Source: Mobula hypostoma (Eukaryota). Taken from it: a stretch of DNA of 64,000 nucleotides. A model generated the notes under the pieces. That model saw nothing but the letters and a program-made list of their open reading frames with translations, ran no database searches and was not told the DNA's origin. The position numbers were made by a program, and so were the translations under genes. The stretch lies in contig NC_086109.1 in NCBI RefSeq assembly GCF_963921235.1, positions 24,118,001 through 24,182,000 on the forward strand, in the 5' to 3' direction. Shown here piece by piece: positions 12,321-25,420 of the stretch; positions within the stretch are counted from its first letter, which is position 1; each line of letters starts with the position of its first letter.

Positions 12321-13857
12321 AATAAACAGAAAAAAAAATTAGGAATGGGAAACTAAGGCAAGCCTACATTTCAGATGCCTGCTGGGTGTTTCCCAAATTT
12401 TATATCCTTGTTGTACATTTGAAGAACTTGTATTTCCTTTAACCTAGGTTTTCTTTCTATCTAAATGCAGGAATCTGCATAAAACTGTTAGGAAGTAGTG
12501 ACAGGTCAACAAGCACAATTTTTTCAACACAGCGGTAGCACAACCAAATACAAATGTCAGTATTGCATGCACTCCTGAGTGAACTCTGTTGAATGCACAC
12601 TCTTACCTTTGCAAAGATCTGCACACAAGCTCAGTATTCTGCGTGCAAGTCACTGGACAGTGACCAGGAACAGGAAATCTTGCTGTTTCTTTCCCCTTTC
12701 TAACCATAGAGACAAGGGACTATTTGCTGCCTCTCCCACTGCCAGTCCTCAGACTAGCCTTCTCCGAGGATTGGCACCTTGTCATGGTGGAGAGCTCCTG
12801 AGAAATCAAGGCTAATGGCGCCTGGCTTTTAGCCACCTAGTGCTTAGCTCCTGGTAGGGTCACCCACGGAGGTCAGGTCAAGGGGGAGCTTCCAGACAAA
12901 AAGCGATACATCAGTGCAGCTGCTGGAAGATGATGACAGGACACAAAAGCAGTGAAGGCGGAGGAAGAGGAAGGCTGCAGCAATGAAGGGTCCCTATTTG
13001 CCCTGTATTCCAAACCACTGAACTCTGACCCCAATTTGCCAAGGATTGTGTGGTGGCTGCCTGTGCATCTGCCTTCCCATGTTAAGGAAAGTCATACACA
13101 GTCATCCTCCATTAAGGGAATCCACCCCAAAATCGCAGATTAGGTCCTGTGGCGATCAGCAAGTGGTGAAAGGGGACAGGATTGTGGGATCTGGAAGCCC
13201 TTCACAATACGTGGACCCCAGATCGCCCTCTATAGCCACTTTAAGACCCACCAATAGACAACCCCTTAGGAGGACATCATACTTTACTCGAGAGATTGCA
13301 CGACTGAGATCTGTGCAAGCAAGATTTGATCCAGCGTCAGGGCGCCTCCTTAATGCTCAATGCTAACCAAATCATCTGGGGAGCAACTGCACTGTTTTAT
13401 TTCTGTGCAAAGCAATGTGTGTTGTATTAAGTTTTTAAGCTATAGCCTGATGTCAAAGCAAGAGCAAGAGAATCAATTATTGCTCTGGTTCTTGCTCACA
13501 CAACAAGGAATCCGATTTTAACCGATGAGGCCTGGGACACGGTGGTCCTTGATTGTCAGATTAGTAAATGTTATGCATCCATTTAAACCACATCTAGCTT
13601 TACAATCATAACCACAAACCACTGAATACATCAACCACTAATTACATTTGTAATCTCAGCTCCCTTCTTACACTATACTATACTAACCAGCATAATTCAC
13701 TGGTACATTTCTCTAATCACAGTCTCAGCCACTATCCCATCATGCAACACGCACTACTAACCACCACAGAGCAAAGTGATTAACCCTGGAATAGGCTTCA
13801 CAGATTCAAAGTAATCTCCCATTATAAATTCTCCCTACCCAGTGTCAACTGCAAAGT

Positions 13858-14460
13858 AACACAAACAAAACACTGGAGGAACTCAGCAGGTCAGGCAGCA
13901 TCTATGGAAAGGAATAAACAGTCAACATTTCAGGCCGAGACCTTTCATTAGGACTGGAAAGGAAGGGGAAAGAAGCCAGAAATAGGAGATTTGGTAGGAG
14001 GGAGGATGGCAGAGGGGAAGAAGTACAAGCTAGAAGGTAATAGATAAGCCAGTTGAAGGGGAAAGTTAGGTGGGAGAAGGAGATTGGGGGGATGAAGTGA
14101 GAAACTTGCAGGTGATAGGTGGAAAAGTAAAGGGCTGATGAAGAAGGAGTTTGATAGGATAGGAGAGTCGACCATGGGAGAAAGGGAAGGAGGAGGGCCA
14201 CCAGGGGGAGGTTAAAGGCGGGTGAGGAGAAAAAGAGGCTTGAACTAACTGTAAAGGTTCAAATATAACCCAATAAAACTGCACCAACTCCAATACGCAT
14301 AGAATTCATAGATGCAACAGATTCTGCAGATACCGGATATCTTGAGCAACACACATAAAATTCTGCAGAAACTCAGCATAAACATCAACAGTTTATTTCC
14401 CTCCATAGATGTTGCAAGACCTGCTGATTCCTCCACCATTTTGTTTGCGTTACCCCTAGA
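13858..14460 (-). mobile_element. Penelope-like terminal/UTR copy followed by a short fold-back copy
   Basis: ctggaggaactcagcaggtcaggcagcatc terminal motif; damaged hammerhead 13919-13956; inverted pair ~14320-14450. Confidence 0.75.
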
Positions 14461-15212
14461 TTCATTTGCTGTCCAGTGCTCAGAATTTAAAGTGTTGCTC
14501 AATGCTCTGGAATCAATGTGCTGTTAACATCAGTACTGTACTTCCCCGTGCTCAGAGAGTAAATGCATCATTATTGCTTGGGGTGGGTAGGGGGAAGGAA
14601 CACAGTGTAAAATGTCCAGGAATGAAATGCGCTGCCCTATCAGGACAGCAATTGAAACTGGGAAGGCAGAATTCGTGAGTTTGGCGATAGGAGGTTTAGG
14701 AATGTGAGAGAAAGGAGATGGTGTGGGGAGAAAAGTGAAATGGCAAAGGATTAGATGGGCATAGAGAAATGAGGCTGGCAGAGATTGGGAATTAAGTATT
14801 ATGAGTGACATTGGGTTTGGGAAATGTGGTGGGTGAGGTTATCGGTAAGCATTTAATATTGCAGAGGAGGGTAAATGAACAGGATTATACCTGTTAAGGT
14901 GTAAATGATACCACAATTCCAATTAGCTGTCGGTGTGGATGGCCAACCGTGGCCTATTAGAAGCAATAAATTTTACTAGGTTAGAGTTTAAAAGTTAGTG
15001 GTGAAAAGGTGAAGTTATGGTAGTGGAACTAATGAAATGAGCAGCAGGTTGAATGGTCTTTCTTCTCCTTGTATTCTAACATGCCTAGATTTAAAAAAAA
15101 AGATGAAAGAAAACAAAATGGAATAATGATCATTGCTTTCGAATAACAGGGACTTAATTTCACTTTGTTCACATTTCCTGACAACACTCTAGAACATAAG
15201 TATCCATGTACG

Positions 15213-15497
15213 CGGCACGGTAGCGTAGTGGTCAGCATAACACTTTCCAATACAATCGACCCCGGTTCAATTCCCACTGCCGCCTATAAGGAGTTTGTAC
15301 ATTCTCTATGTGCCTGCGTGGGTTTCCTCCAGGCGCTCTGGTTTCCTCCCACAGTCCAGAGACATACCAGTTGGTAAGTAAATTGGTTATTGTAAATTGT
15401 CCCGTGATTAGGCTAGGATTAAATCGGGGGTTGCCGGGTGACACAGCTCGAAAGGCCAGAAGGGCCTATTCCGAGCTGTATCTCAAAAAACAAATAA
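15213..15497 (+). mobile_element. tRNA-derived V-SINE
   Basis: Full-length homologue of 2411-2692. Confidence 0.85.
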
Positions 15498-16723
15498 CTT
15501 CATTAGTTAATAAAGGAACATTGTAAAAGAGTCACAGAGTAGTTATAACACCCAGCCGGTGAGAGTGCTACAACACCACTATTGTGGAGTATAATTATAT
15601 CTTGACATGTTTGCCTAGCCAGTTAGAAATAGAGGCACAGAAGTGTATCAAGAAATGTTGATAAAATGCTAAACCCTTATACGGAATGTAAATTACACAC
15701 CTGTGGCTCCAATTAAGTAATCTCTAACCTAATGATACCTTGGATTTAGTGGTGAGGGTATGTAGATGGGTGTGGCAATATTTCTTCAGTCAACTTGGCC
15801 AATATTATTCAAAAATATCCATTAATTGAAGCCTCTAACTAACAGCGATTCCTATTTGACACTTCATCAACCTGTGTCTGTTTTAGACAAGAGTTTAGCT
15901 GTAATGTACCATTTTGGTTTCTATTAGCTCCTTTGGACCCTGCTGTAACTTTGGAAGAAGGAGCTCCACCCATTGATGTCAGGGATCAGGCAGCCAATGT
16001 TCAACAAGAGAAGGCTACTAAAAACAGATGTGGGGAGATCATCTTTATTAATGACTTGATACTGATGCAGTGTTTCCACAGCCATGTTACATATATGAAA
16101 TATGTGGAAAAGTAGGTCATTTGGTCCTTCTAGATTGCTCTGCCATCTTAAGAGTTGACCTAATTGTTGGACTCTTTAAAGCCTTCAACTTAAGCTGCAT
16201 ACTGCCTTGACAATTAAGGCAAACCAGATTTGCAAAAGGAGACTCAAACAAGGATTGGTTGTACTTTTGAATGTTTCAATATAAGCCTTGGGTATCTCAT
16301 CTCCAGTCTTTACAATGTGGCATGCACTTGTCTTCCAGGAAATACTGAGCGCTTGCTGCTCATTATATTGTGTCATTTCTTCTCCTCAATTATTTCAGGG
16401 TCCTAGATCATGGTAGTCTCAAGGCCTTGATTGGTGGAAAAAAGGTTTGCCCTGACTAGACCAGAACCTTCATTTCAGTGCAAATTTCTCCATGGGCTTG
16501 GTCCTTTGAGCAAGTTCTCTGTTGTGAGTTGTGGACCACACAGCTTGCAAACAGTTGGTTGAAAACTCAAGACCCACAACTTCCTGCAGTCTAGTAATTC
16601 CTTCAGGTGTGACACAATCATTTCTAAACGGTGACACCCACAGATGTCCAGCGCACAACGGAACTCATGGTCACTACTGGTGGATGGAACTCACTTTCAT
16701 CTGCAGGACGACGCGCTGCCATG

Positions 16724-17095
16724 TTCAAAGTTCAAAGTTGTAAGTAAATTTATTATCAAAGTGCATACACGTTATAATATACAACTCAAGTTCATTTTCA
16801 TTTTCTAGTGGACACACTGAATAAATCTATAGAATAATAACCATAACAGAATCAATGAAAGAGCACTCAACTAGGGCATTCAACCAGAGTGCAGGAAACA
16901 ACAAACTGCAAATACAAAAAGAAGAAACCATAATAATAAATAAATAAGCAATAAATATCGATAACATGAGATAAAGGGTCCTCGAAAATTTGACAAACAG
17001 CTTATAGAAATTTGTCAAAGTTTTAGATGCCATGCTGAACCTCCTCAAACTCCTAAGGAAGTAGAGGTGCTGCTGTGTTTCCTTCATAGTTGAGA
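16724..17095 (-). mobile_element. Rex1/Babar-type fragment
   Basis: QQHLYFLRSLRRFSMASKTLTNFY plus the same 3' UTR and tail. Confidence 0.75.
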
Positions 17096-17639
17096 CAGTT
17101 CCTCCAAATAACACATGTTGCTATTGAGCTGCATAGGATTGAACAGGGGCGGGTCTACCAACAAACCCAGTGTCTCATTTGCACCAGATCTAAGGCACGT
17201 GGAGAGTCAAAACCTTTCACTTCTGATTTCTACCCAGTGACTTCCACATGACAATATGAATCTCAAGGTCCTGGATTCTCGTCTATCTGTTTTCAAAGAA
17301 ACACAAAGCATCATTCATCCATCACTCTCATCTTGGCTGACCTGTATTTGCTCCATATTGAGCAATATTGTAATTCCCATGCTTGTTTTTTTTTCAATTC
17401 TCTCTATAACCTCACCACTCCCTTTCTCTGAAATCCTCTCCGGCCACATAATCCTCTGAGATCTCATTACTCCTCTAGTTCTGACCTCTTGTAATATCCC
17501 TGTTCCCTCCTATTCATATTAGCCCCTGCACTTTTGGCTGGCCGGGTCAGCTCTGAAATTTCCTCCCAACCTCTCTACTTCTCAATTGCCTTAAAAATGC
17601 AACTTAAAACCTTCTTTTTGACCAAGCTTTTGGTCACTG

Positions 17640-18120
17640 ATTCTTGAGCAACACTCAAAAAATGTTGGAGGAACGAAGTAAGTCAAGCAGCATCTGTGGG
17701 GGAATGTAAACAGCCAATGTTTCGGGCCGAGATCCTTAATCAGGACTGGAAAGGAAGGTGGCAGAAGCCTTTGGGGGAAGGAGTAGGAGTACAAGCTGGC
17801 AGGTGATAGGTAAGACCAGGTGAGAAGAAGGTAGGTGGGTAGGAGTGGGGATAAAGTCAGAAGCTGGGAAGGGACAGGTGAAAGAGGGAAAGGGCTAAAG
17901 AAGAGAGAAAATAATAGGGGAGTTCCATGAATTAAAGGGAACGGGAGGGGAATAAGAGGGAGGTGAGGAGAAGGGATAAGAGGGTAACCAGAAAGGGGAA
18001 AGGAAAAAGAGAGGAGGAAGGGGAGGGAAAAATTACTGCTCATGCTATCAAGTTGGCGCCTACCCAAATGGAACATGAGGCATTCTTGTTTCCGCCTGGG
18101 TTTGGCGTCTTCGTGGAGGT
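17640..18120 (-). mobile_element. Penelope-like 3' fragment
   Basis: Terminal motif, damaged hammerhead 17711-17748, purine-rich UTR and GIY-YIG remnant. Confidence 0.7.
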
Positions 18121-19194
18121 AAAGTTACTGATTTTTGTCTCTTTTTGTGTCACTGTTAAATTTTGTTCAGTTATAAATCCCACAAGGTGCATTAGGATGC
18201 TGTACTATACTAAATGCATTGCAAAAGTGCAAATTGTTTCTAAATTTCCAAAGTAAGAATGCATCTCCCTCTCAAACATCATTTGTTCAGAGTGATGCAA
18301 TACTGTTCAAAGAGAACTATAAGCACAAATGAAAAGCTCTGGGAGAAAGGGGTTTTGGGACACATTGAGGATCTCATGAAAGAAGCAATTTGTGTAAAAG
18401 CCTTTCCTTCAGTGCTTCAGGACAGTGACCGTGAAGTGAATGGCCAAGTGCAATTACACATTAATAGACTGAGGGAAAGAAGTGACTCTGAACCCATCAC
18501 CACTTTCCCCTCCTCTTTGTCCATTGCTATATTATATTGGCACCAAACACCTTTTGAATACTTAGACCCAATGTTCATACTTCACACAGTTAAATTGTCG
18601 GCAGGCTACTTGGCCACATTGAGAATTCTGCAACATCTCTTCCCATTGTCATTGCCTTAGATCACATGCTGCTTAAACATACGTCGATGTGTCTGACTAT
18701 GGCAATGATCCGTGCTCTGAGATGTGTACAAGTTAGGGGCAGGAGTAGGCCACCTGGCCCCTCTAATCTGTTTCACAATTCAATGAATTCACAGTTGATC
18801 TGATTGTACTATCTACTCAGCACTCCCACCTAAGCCTCATAAACTTCCCTTGCTTATTATGTATTTTTCTACCTTTGCCTAAAAAATACTCCAAAACTCT
18901 TCTTTCATTACTTTTCAGAGAGGGAGATCCGAGACTCCAAAGCATCAGAGGGAAAAGATTGTGCTTGTCTTTGTCTTAAATTGATCAACTCATCCTTTTT
19001 AAACAGTGACACTTTGTACATTGCGAACTTAATCTAACCCAAAACTCCACTTCTGTGCTCTGGGTCGTACCAAGACATTTTCACTCATCACAAAATTTAA
19101 TATCAAAATGCATTATGATGACCAAAACAGGAAGGTTTATTGGAAGAGTTTAAGAGGAGTGAAAGGTAGTTAAGTTGAAAGAACTTTAGCAGAT

Positions 19195-20145
19195 AGTGCA
19201 ACACTCTTACAGCTTGGGGCATTCTGAGAACAGAGTTCAATTCCGGCACTATTCACGTTCTCCCCATGAACTATGTGGGTTTCCTCTGGGTGCTCTGATT
19301 TCCTCCCATAGTCCAAAGATGTACTGGTTAGTAGGTTCATTGGTCATTGTAAATTGTCCTGTGATTAGGCTAGGGAAGGAATCAAAAATGGCAGCAGAGG
19401 GTGACTTCAAGTTCATCTGCAAAACAGTTTAAATTCTTCTTTTTTAATGTTTCTTCTTTCATTTTCAAGGTGGCTGGGGTTCTGTTGGCGTCCATGATCT
19501 ACAGCTACACTCAAACAGCAGATCTTCACAACGATGGGTTCCTGCTCTCGGAGCTTGCTGGGCAGCCTGAAGTTTTCGCTGTCTCCAAAAGCGGCGCGGA
19601 ATACGTGCGCCTTCAGGGTGGACAACCAGATTTCTCGCCAGTATCGCTGACTGAAGCATCGAGGGAGATCAGAACATCAAGACAGTGCGTGCGGCTGTCC
19701 AAGGCCTCTGCACTCAAGTGATCTCTCTCTTGTTCTTTCTCTCTTTCTCAACGTGAGTGAGAGTTTGTTGCGGGTTCACAAGTCGAAGGAACTCCAAAGC
19801 GACACCGCAGACTATAACATTGAAATAGTAAGCATTTGGCCTCCCCTCTCGTTGTGGCTGGAGTGATACGTCTCTCTCCCTTGTTAGTGAGAAAGAGAGC
19901 CTGCGGGATGTCAAAGTGTTGGGATGAATGGGATCGACTTTTTTCTCTCAGTTATACTTTTGGGTTTTTTTTTCCTGTTTCGTGGATGTCTACAAAGAGT
20001 AAGATTTCAGGTTGTATCCTGTATATATTCTCTGATATTAAATGGAACCACTGAACTATTAAAATGGGTTAAAAAAGTGGGTTGCTGGGCAGTGTGGCTC
20101 GCTGGACCGGAAGGCCCTGTTCCATGCTGTATCTTTAAGTAAAGA
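19195..20145 (+). mobile_element. V-SINE split by a ~680-bp nested non-autonomous element (~19376-20058)
   Basis: The SINE stops at gtgattaggctaggg and resumes at ttaaaatggg..ggaccggaaggccctg. The insert begins aaaatggcagc and ends in a LINE-like tail. Confidence 0.7.
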
Positions 20146-21204
20146 TAAAGTAAATTTAACAGTTTTAGAGTTCAGGTACTCAGCTGTATAAGGACATAGA
20201 CAGCACTGGTCAAACAGTAAAAGTACGTAGAAGGAAGCCAGTATAGTTGGAAAAGCACATAGGGAGTGAAGGAAGGTGGTGTGTGTGAAGTGTGGCAGTG
20301 GTGGTGTGGGGAGGAAAGGTGAGTGAGAGATACTTACAAATGCTAAAGAATTTAATTTTGGCAGTGGCACATAAGAAGGATTAAAGCAAATAGGGATAAT
20401 AACAATCCTGGAGAGCGTCAGGGTGCAGGCCTGAAAGCGTGGAACAAGCTGATGTCAGAACGATTTAAGTGTAGGGCCAGATTGAAAAGATTGGGGAGTT
20501 GGGGCCAGAGATGAGGAACGGGTTAGTGTTCAGCTCGCTGGTCCGTGAGGTTTACTCGTCTCTGCACTGAACTGAGACTGTGGCCTGCAACTAACGGGCT
20601 CATGGACCAACTGTAGCAATGAACTGGCTTCATGGCTGTGGACTCACTTTAGTGAACTTTAGTTCTGTGTGTGTTTTTGTTTATTTTTTGTTGTTTGTTT
20701 GCACGATTTGTTCTTTTTTTCACACATTGTGTGTTTGACGGTCTTTTTTAGTGAGTTCTATTGGGTTTCTTTGGTTTTGTGCCTGCCCTTAAGAAGATGA
20801 ATTTCAAGGTTGTACATAATATACATATTTTGATAATAAATGTACTTTGAACTTTGGTAATAGCAGAGGAGAACCGAATAACTTATAATGGATTATTGTG
20901 CAATGTTTGGATTGTATATTGGAAAGGTGTATAATGGGAGGGTGTGTAATGACAGCAGAATCAGGTTTAATATGCTGTCTTAAATGTACAGTATTAAATA
21001 TTAAATATATGGTATTAAAGGGGTAAATGTAAAATTGTTAGGTTGATTTTTAAGGCCTTCGTCCAAGTGCACCAATTTAACATGCTTTTTTGTTTTTAAA
21101 TAATTTTATTTATAATATTAAAATGGCAATGATACACTCCAGCCTTTGTGGTGCTTACTGACCCCAGAAGACGTCCAGTGAGCCTGTGGCCGAGTGGTAT
21201 AGAA

Positions 21205-22520
21205 GATAGAGCATATCGCAACAGATGCAGACTCCTTGGCCCACCATGTACATGAAAATTCAAACTAAACCCATCTGTCTATCCCTTCATTAACTGCACG
21301 TTCAAGTGCCTACCTAAATGCCTCATAAAAGCTGCTTGTGTGTTTGCGTCCAATATTCCCCTGTCGACCTGCCCTAGGTACCCACCACTCAATTGTATGC
21401 TTGTCTCATAATCTTCTTAAAACTCCACCCCCACCCCCCACCTCAACTTAATACTATGCCTGCCACCCTGGAAAAAATGACTCTATCTGTGCCTCTCATC
21501 ATTTCATAAACCTATCAGACACTCCTTCTGATGGTCTGAGAGAAAAATCTACGCTTGTCCAACCTCTCCTTAGAGCTAATACTCTCTAGTCCAGGCAACA
21601 TTCTGATGAATCTCTTCAGCATCCTCTCCAAAGCTTCTATATCCTTCCTGTAATATGGTGATCAGAACTGCACACAATACTCCAAACATGGCCTAAGCAA
21701 AGCTTTATACATCTGCCACATACCTTGCTATATGCCATCTTCCCCATACTGTCTACTCCTGTTGCCATTTTTACGGAGAAATGGACTTGCAACACAACAT
21801 CTCTTTGTATATCAATGATTGTAAGGCTCCTGCCATTTACTGTATATATTTCTCTTGCACTTGGCCTACCAAAGTACAACAACTCAGTGTTGTCTGGATT
21901 AGCATCTGCTATTTCTCTGACCACTTATCCAACTGGTGAATATCATGCTGAATCCTTTGACAACCCTCCTCCCTACCGACAAACCTCTTAATTTTTGTGT
22001 CATTTGCAATCTTGCTAATCAGCCCACCTACATTTTCATCCAACTGATATACAAGGTCCCATTGCTGATCCTTGCAGAGAATTACTGTTCAGAGTCAGAA
22101 TAATTTCCCTTCACAATTATTCTCTGCCTTCTATTGCCAAGCCAGTTTTGATTCCAGTCTAACAAATCTTCATGTCTTTGTGTCTCCCGAAGACTGGAAG
22201 GTGGCTAATATTTCTCTATTGTTTCAAACAGGTGACAAGGACAAGTCAAGGAAGTAGAGGTTTGTCAGTCTGTCATCTGTAAGTGGGGAAGTTACTGGAG
22301 GGAATTCTGAGGGACAGGATCCACAAATCTGTTTAGATACACAAATTCTGGTTGGGAGGAGTTAGGTTGGCTTTGCGCTTGGGAAGTCATGCTTGACAAA
22401 TGTTTATTTTTTTTTGAAGAGGACACCAGAAAGGTAGATGAGGGTAGAGCAGTGGATATTGTCTATTCGGACTTTAGTAAAACATTCATCAAGGCCCTGC
22501 ATGGTAGACTGGTCTGGTAG
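21205..22520 (-). mobile_element. CR1 LINE with inverted 5' segment
   Basis: Minus part ~21205-22170 runs from DWNQNWL to the 3' end. Plus part ~22185-22520 encodes the preceding PEDWKVANI..GKSCLTN..DFSK..HGRL region. Confidence 0.8.
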
Positions 22521-23096
22521 ACCTCCCAGGATCACATGCCAATCCTTCCCTTCGGCTTTACTTGACCTAAACTCTACCTTCAATTCCATCCCTCCACCTG
22601 CCGACCTGGAGCTTTAATTCCCACTCTCTGTGTCACAGTTTAAACATTGTAAAATCCCTCCCCAAACACGGGCAGAAAACCTCACAGGATGAGCAGGGAT
22701 CGACTTCCTGACAGCCAAACATCAGGAGCATGGTGTTGAAGTGCAACCTGAACTTCAGCAGGTCTGCAATCTCTCACATTCCAAACACATATGGAAAATG
22801 GATTAAAGTAGGGACATCTATATAATGAAAGAGAACTAGATACAGATTACATTTTCTTCCAAGCTTTCTGTCACGTTTTCTCAGGAGAGGGCAGCAACGA
22901 TTGGGTGCAGAGGTCCCCAAAATAAAAGATACAGGTAAGTTGAAAAAAATGTTGAATGCATGACAGGATATAAAATGGGAGAACTTTTTGAATGGATGGA
23001 TGTCCCAAGATGCAGTGTGCAAACAGGCAAGTTTACAACAGGTGATAATGTCATGGATTGTGAGTATAAATGCTCGCGTAACACACAAATAAATGA

Positions 23097-23397
23097 ATAG
23101 GCATCCATTAGTCTCGTGAGACCATGGATTTGTGCTTTGGAAGGTCTCCAGGGTGCAGAGCTGGGCAAGGTTGTGTGGAAGACCGGCAGTTGCCCATGCT
23201 GCAAATCTCCCCTCTCCACGCCGCCGATGTTGTTCAAGGGAAGGGCACTAGGGCCGATACAGCTTGGCACTGGTGTCGTCCCAGAGCAATGTGTGGTTAA
23301 GTGCTTTGCTCAAGGACACAACACACTGCCTCAGCTGAGGCTCGAACTAGCGACCTTCAGATCACTAGACCGATGCCTTAACCACTTGGCCATGTGG
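23097..23397 (-). mobile_element. tRNA-derived SINE with the same head as 5103 but a different tail
   Basis: Head shared with 5103-5215; tail shared with the partial copy at ~53010-53180. Confidence 0.8.
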
Positions 23398-23799
23398 CAA
23401 CACACAAAATGCTGGAGGAACCCAGCAGGTCAGGCAGCATCCATGAAAAAGGGTAAAGACTCAACGTTTCAGGCCGTAACATCCACTTTTACTCTTTTCC
23501 ATAGATGCTGCCTGAGCCGCCGTGTTCTTCCGTCATTTTATGTGTTTCTTTGAATTTCCAGCATCTGCAGATTATCTTATATTTATAAATACTCACATGA
23601 TGGATTTGATGTACATCGGAGATTTATAGTGGGTGAAATGCGCAACAGGTTGATGCATTAGTAAGCAAAAAAGAACAATGACTGGGTTCAGTATAGATTG
23701 AAACTGGAGTCTGTATATGTGGCTGATGCACTACAGGTTTTTCCCCTTCAGTCAGAACCTCAATTCTGCAAAGGCAATGATGAGACATGCTGTAATCCA

Positions 23800-25420
23800 C
23801 AATCAAAACTGCCCGTTCGAGGTCGTCATGAGGTGCAGAGGTTCGGACAGTTGGAGAGTAATCTGAGCGCCACTAAACAGCGGAGAAAGATAGAAACATC
23901 GTGACGATGGTCTGTAGTGGCAGAACATTCCAAAGAAACTAAAAGCACTAGGTACAAAAAAAGTCTTCGGAAGGGAACGGAGCGCAATCGATCCGTTCCG
24001 CCCGACTCCGACAGTAGCTGAAAACAGCCACGTGTCACAACTTTGTGTAGTTAATTTCCCCACGAAAGCCAAACCACGAACGGTTGACTCTCGAATCACT
24101 GCAGAGGGCAGTGTTTGGCCCGAAACAATAGTCTCTTTATAACACTTACACTGCCGACGTAGCGAGCTGTTGGGACTCAAATAAAAACTTACATTTAAGA
24201 AGAAAAAAGTTCAAACTTGATTGAGTGTGAGAGAGAGGCGAAAGCGACAAAAATGGCTAAGCAACAGGTACTCGGGGTGGGGGGGGGCTTTAACATTTTC
24301 CCCACATATAAACTTATGACATTTTAAAATACAAGTCAATAAAAGGCCGGAGGTCGACTCTCACACCCAGGCGAAGGACAATAGGAATCTGGGCTGCCAG
24401 TTTTGCCTTTTTATTAAATTTAGCGCTTGTTTTCTTTATAAATTTCAGTCTGTCGATTGGAACTCGCCGCGCCTTTCACGCATAACAGGGCTGCCTCGCT
24501 CCTGTCCTAATCTGCCCTTTCACGACGTCAACTAAAAATCTGATGGTCTTGCGGCAGACCCCTCCCGACATCTACATGGCACCCTTAACAAAACTTGCAG
24601 AAAAACCGCAGAGAGAGAGTTAGAGATAGAGAGCGAGAGTGAGAGAGAGAGAGAGAGAGTGAGAGAGAGAGAGAGAGAGAGGGAAGAGAGAGGGAGGGAG
24701 GGGAAGAGAGGGGGAGGGAGGGGAAGAGAGAGGGAGGAAGGGGGAAGAGGGAGGGAAGGGGAAGAGGGAGGGAGGGGGAAGAGAGAGGGAGGGGGAAGAG
24801 GGAGGGGNNNNNNNNNNNNNNNNNNNNNNNNNNNNNNNNNNNNNNNNNNNNNNNNNNNNNNNNNNNNNNNNNNNNNNNNNNNNNNNNNNNNNNNNNNNNN
24901 NNNNNNNNNNNNNNNNNNNNNNNNNNNNNNNNNNNNNNNNNNNNNNNNNNNNNNNNNNNNNGAGAGAGGGAGGGGAAGAGAGAAGGAGGGAGGGGAAGAG
25001 AGAGGGGAGGGAGGGGGAGGAGAGAGACAGACAGAAAAGGATGAGTGAGTAGATGTTTTCTCTCTGTAGCATGAAAAAGTAGGCAATATGGAAGGCACTA
25101 CTGTGGGGAGTTGGGATGGATGCAAACATGCATTTCACGTGAAGCTCGATGAGTACACTAGGAACAGAAGGGTACGTCGAGGAAGATGTATATAAAGAGA
25201 GTCATGGGGCAAAGTCAATTAGTGCAAGTGCAAAAGGAAAGCAGACCCTGGAGCCAAGCAATTATGATTGAGTTGGTAACAACCTCGCCTTTTGCTTCAG
25301 AAGATGGTGCGCTCAGTTTCCATTCCCGTGATAAACAATACAAAAATCTCGACGACTGAGGCTCGGAGCACTGCGTGTCGGAGCCGCTGAGGGATATATA
25401 AAATGGAAGCTCTTTCCAAT
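23800..25420 (-). promoter_or_regulatory. CpG-enriched intronic island, candidate internal promoter with non-coding first exon
   Basis: Local CpG excess in unique sequence; CRE-like GACGTCA 24524-24530; ATTGG ~24456-24460; CACGTG ~25136-25141; long GA/CT tract; strong minus-strand donor AAAT|gtaagt with last exon base 24193. Confidence 0.55.
24609..25040 (+). repeat. GA/polypurine tract containing a 154-nt assembly gap (24808-24961)
   Basis: (GA)n and GGGGAAGAGAG-type units seen directly; run of N. Confidence 0.95.

Noticed and set aside
15910-16017. Exon-like segment with ATG MGGAPSSK (myristoylation-like), suggesting a nested gene
   Set aside because: Weak donor. Splicing to 12699 gives a stop after 37 aa and does not enter the open frame of the downstream candidates. 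No evidence for selenocysteine readthrough of that TGA.
24532-25138. ORFs spanning the GA tract
   Set aside because: Artefacts of simple repeat plus the N gap.
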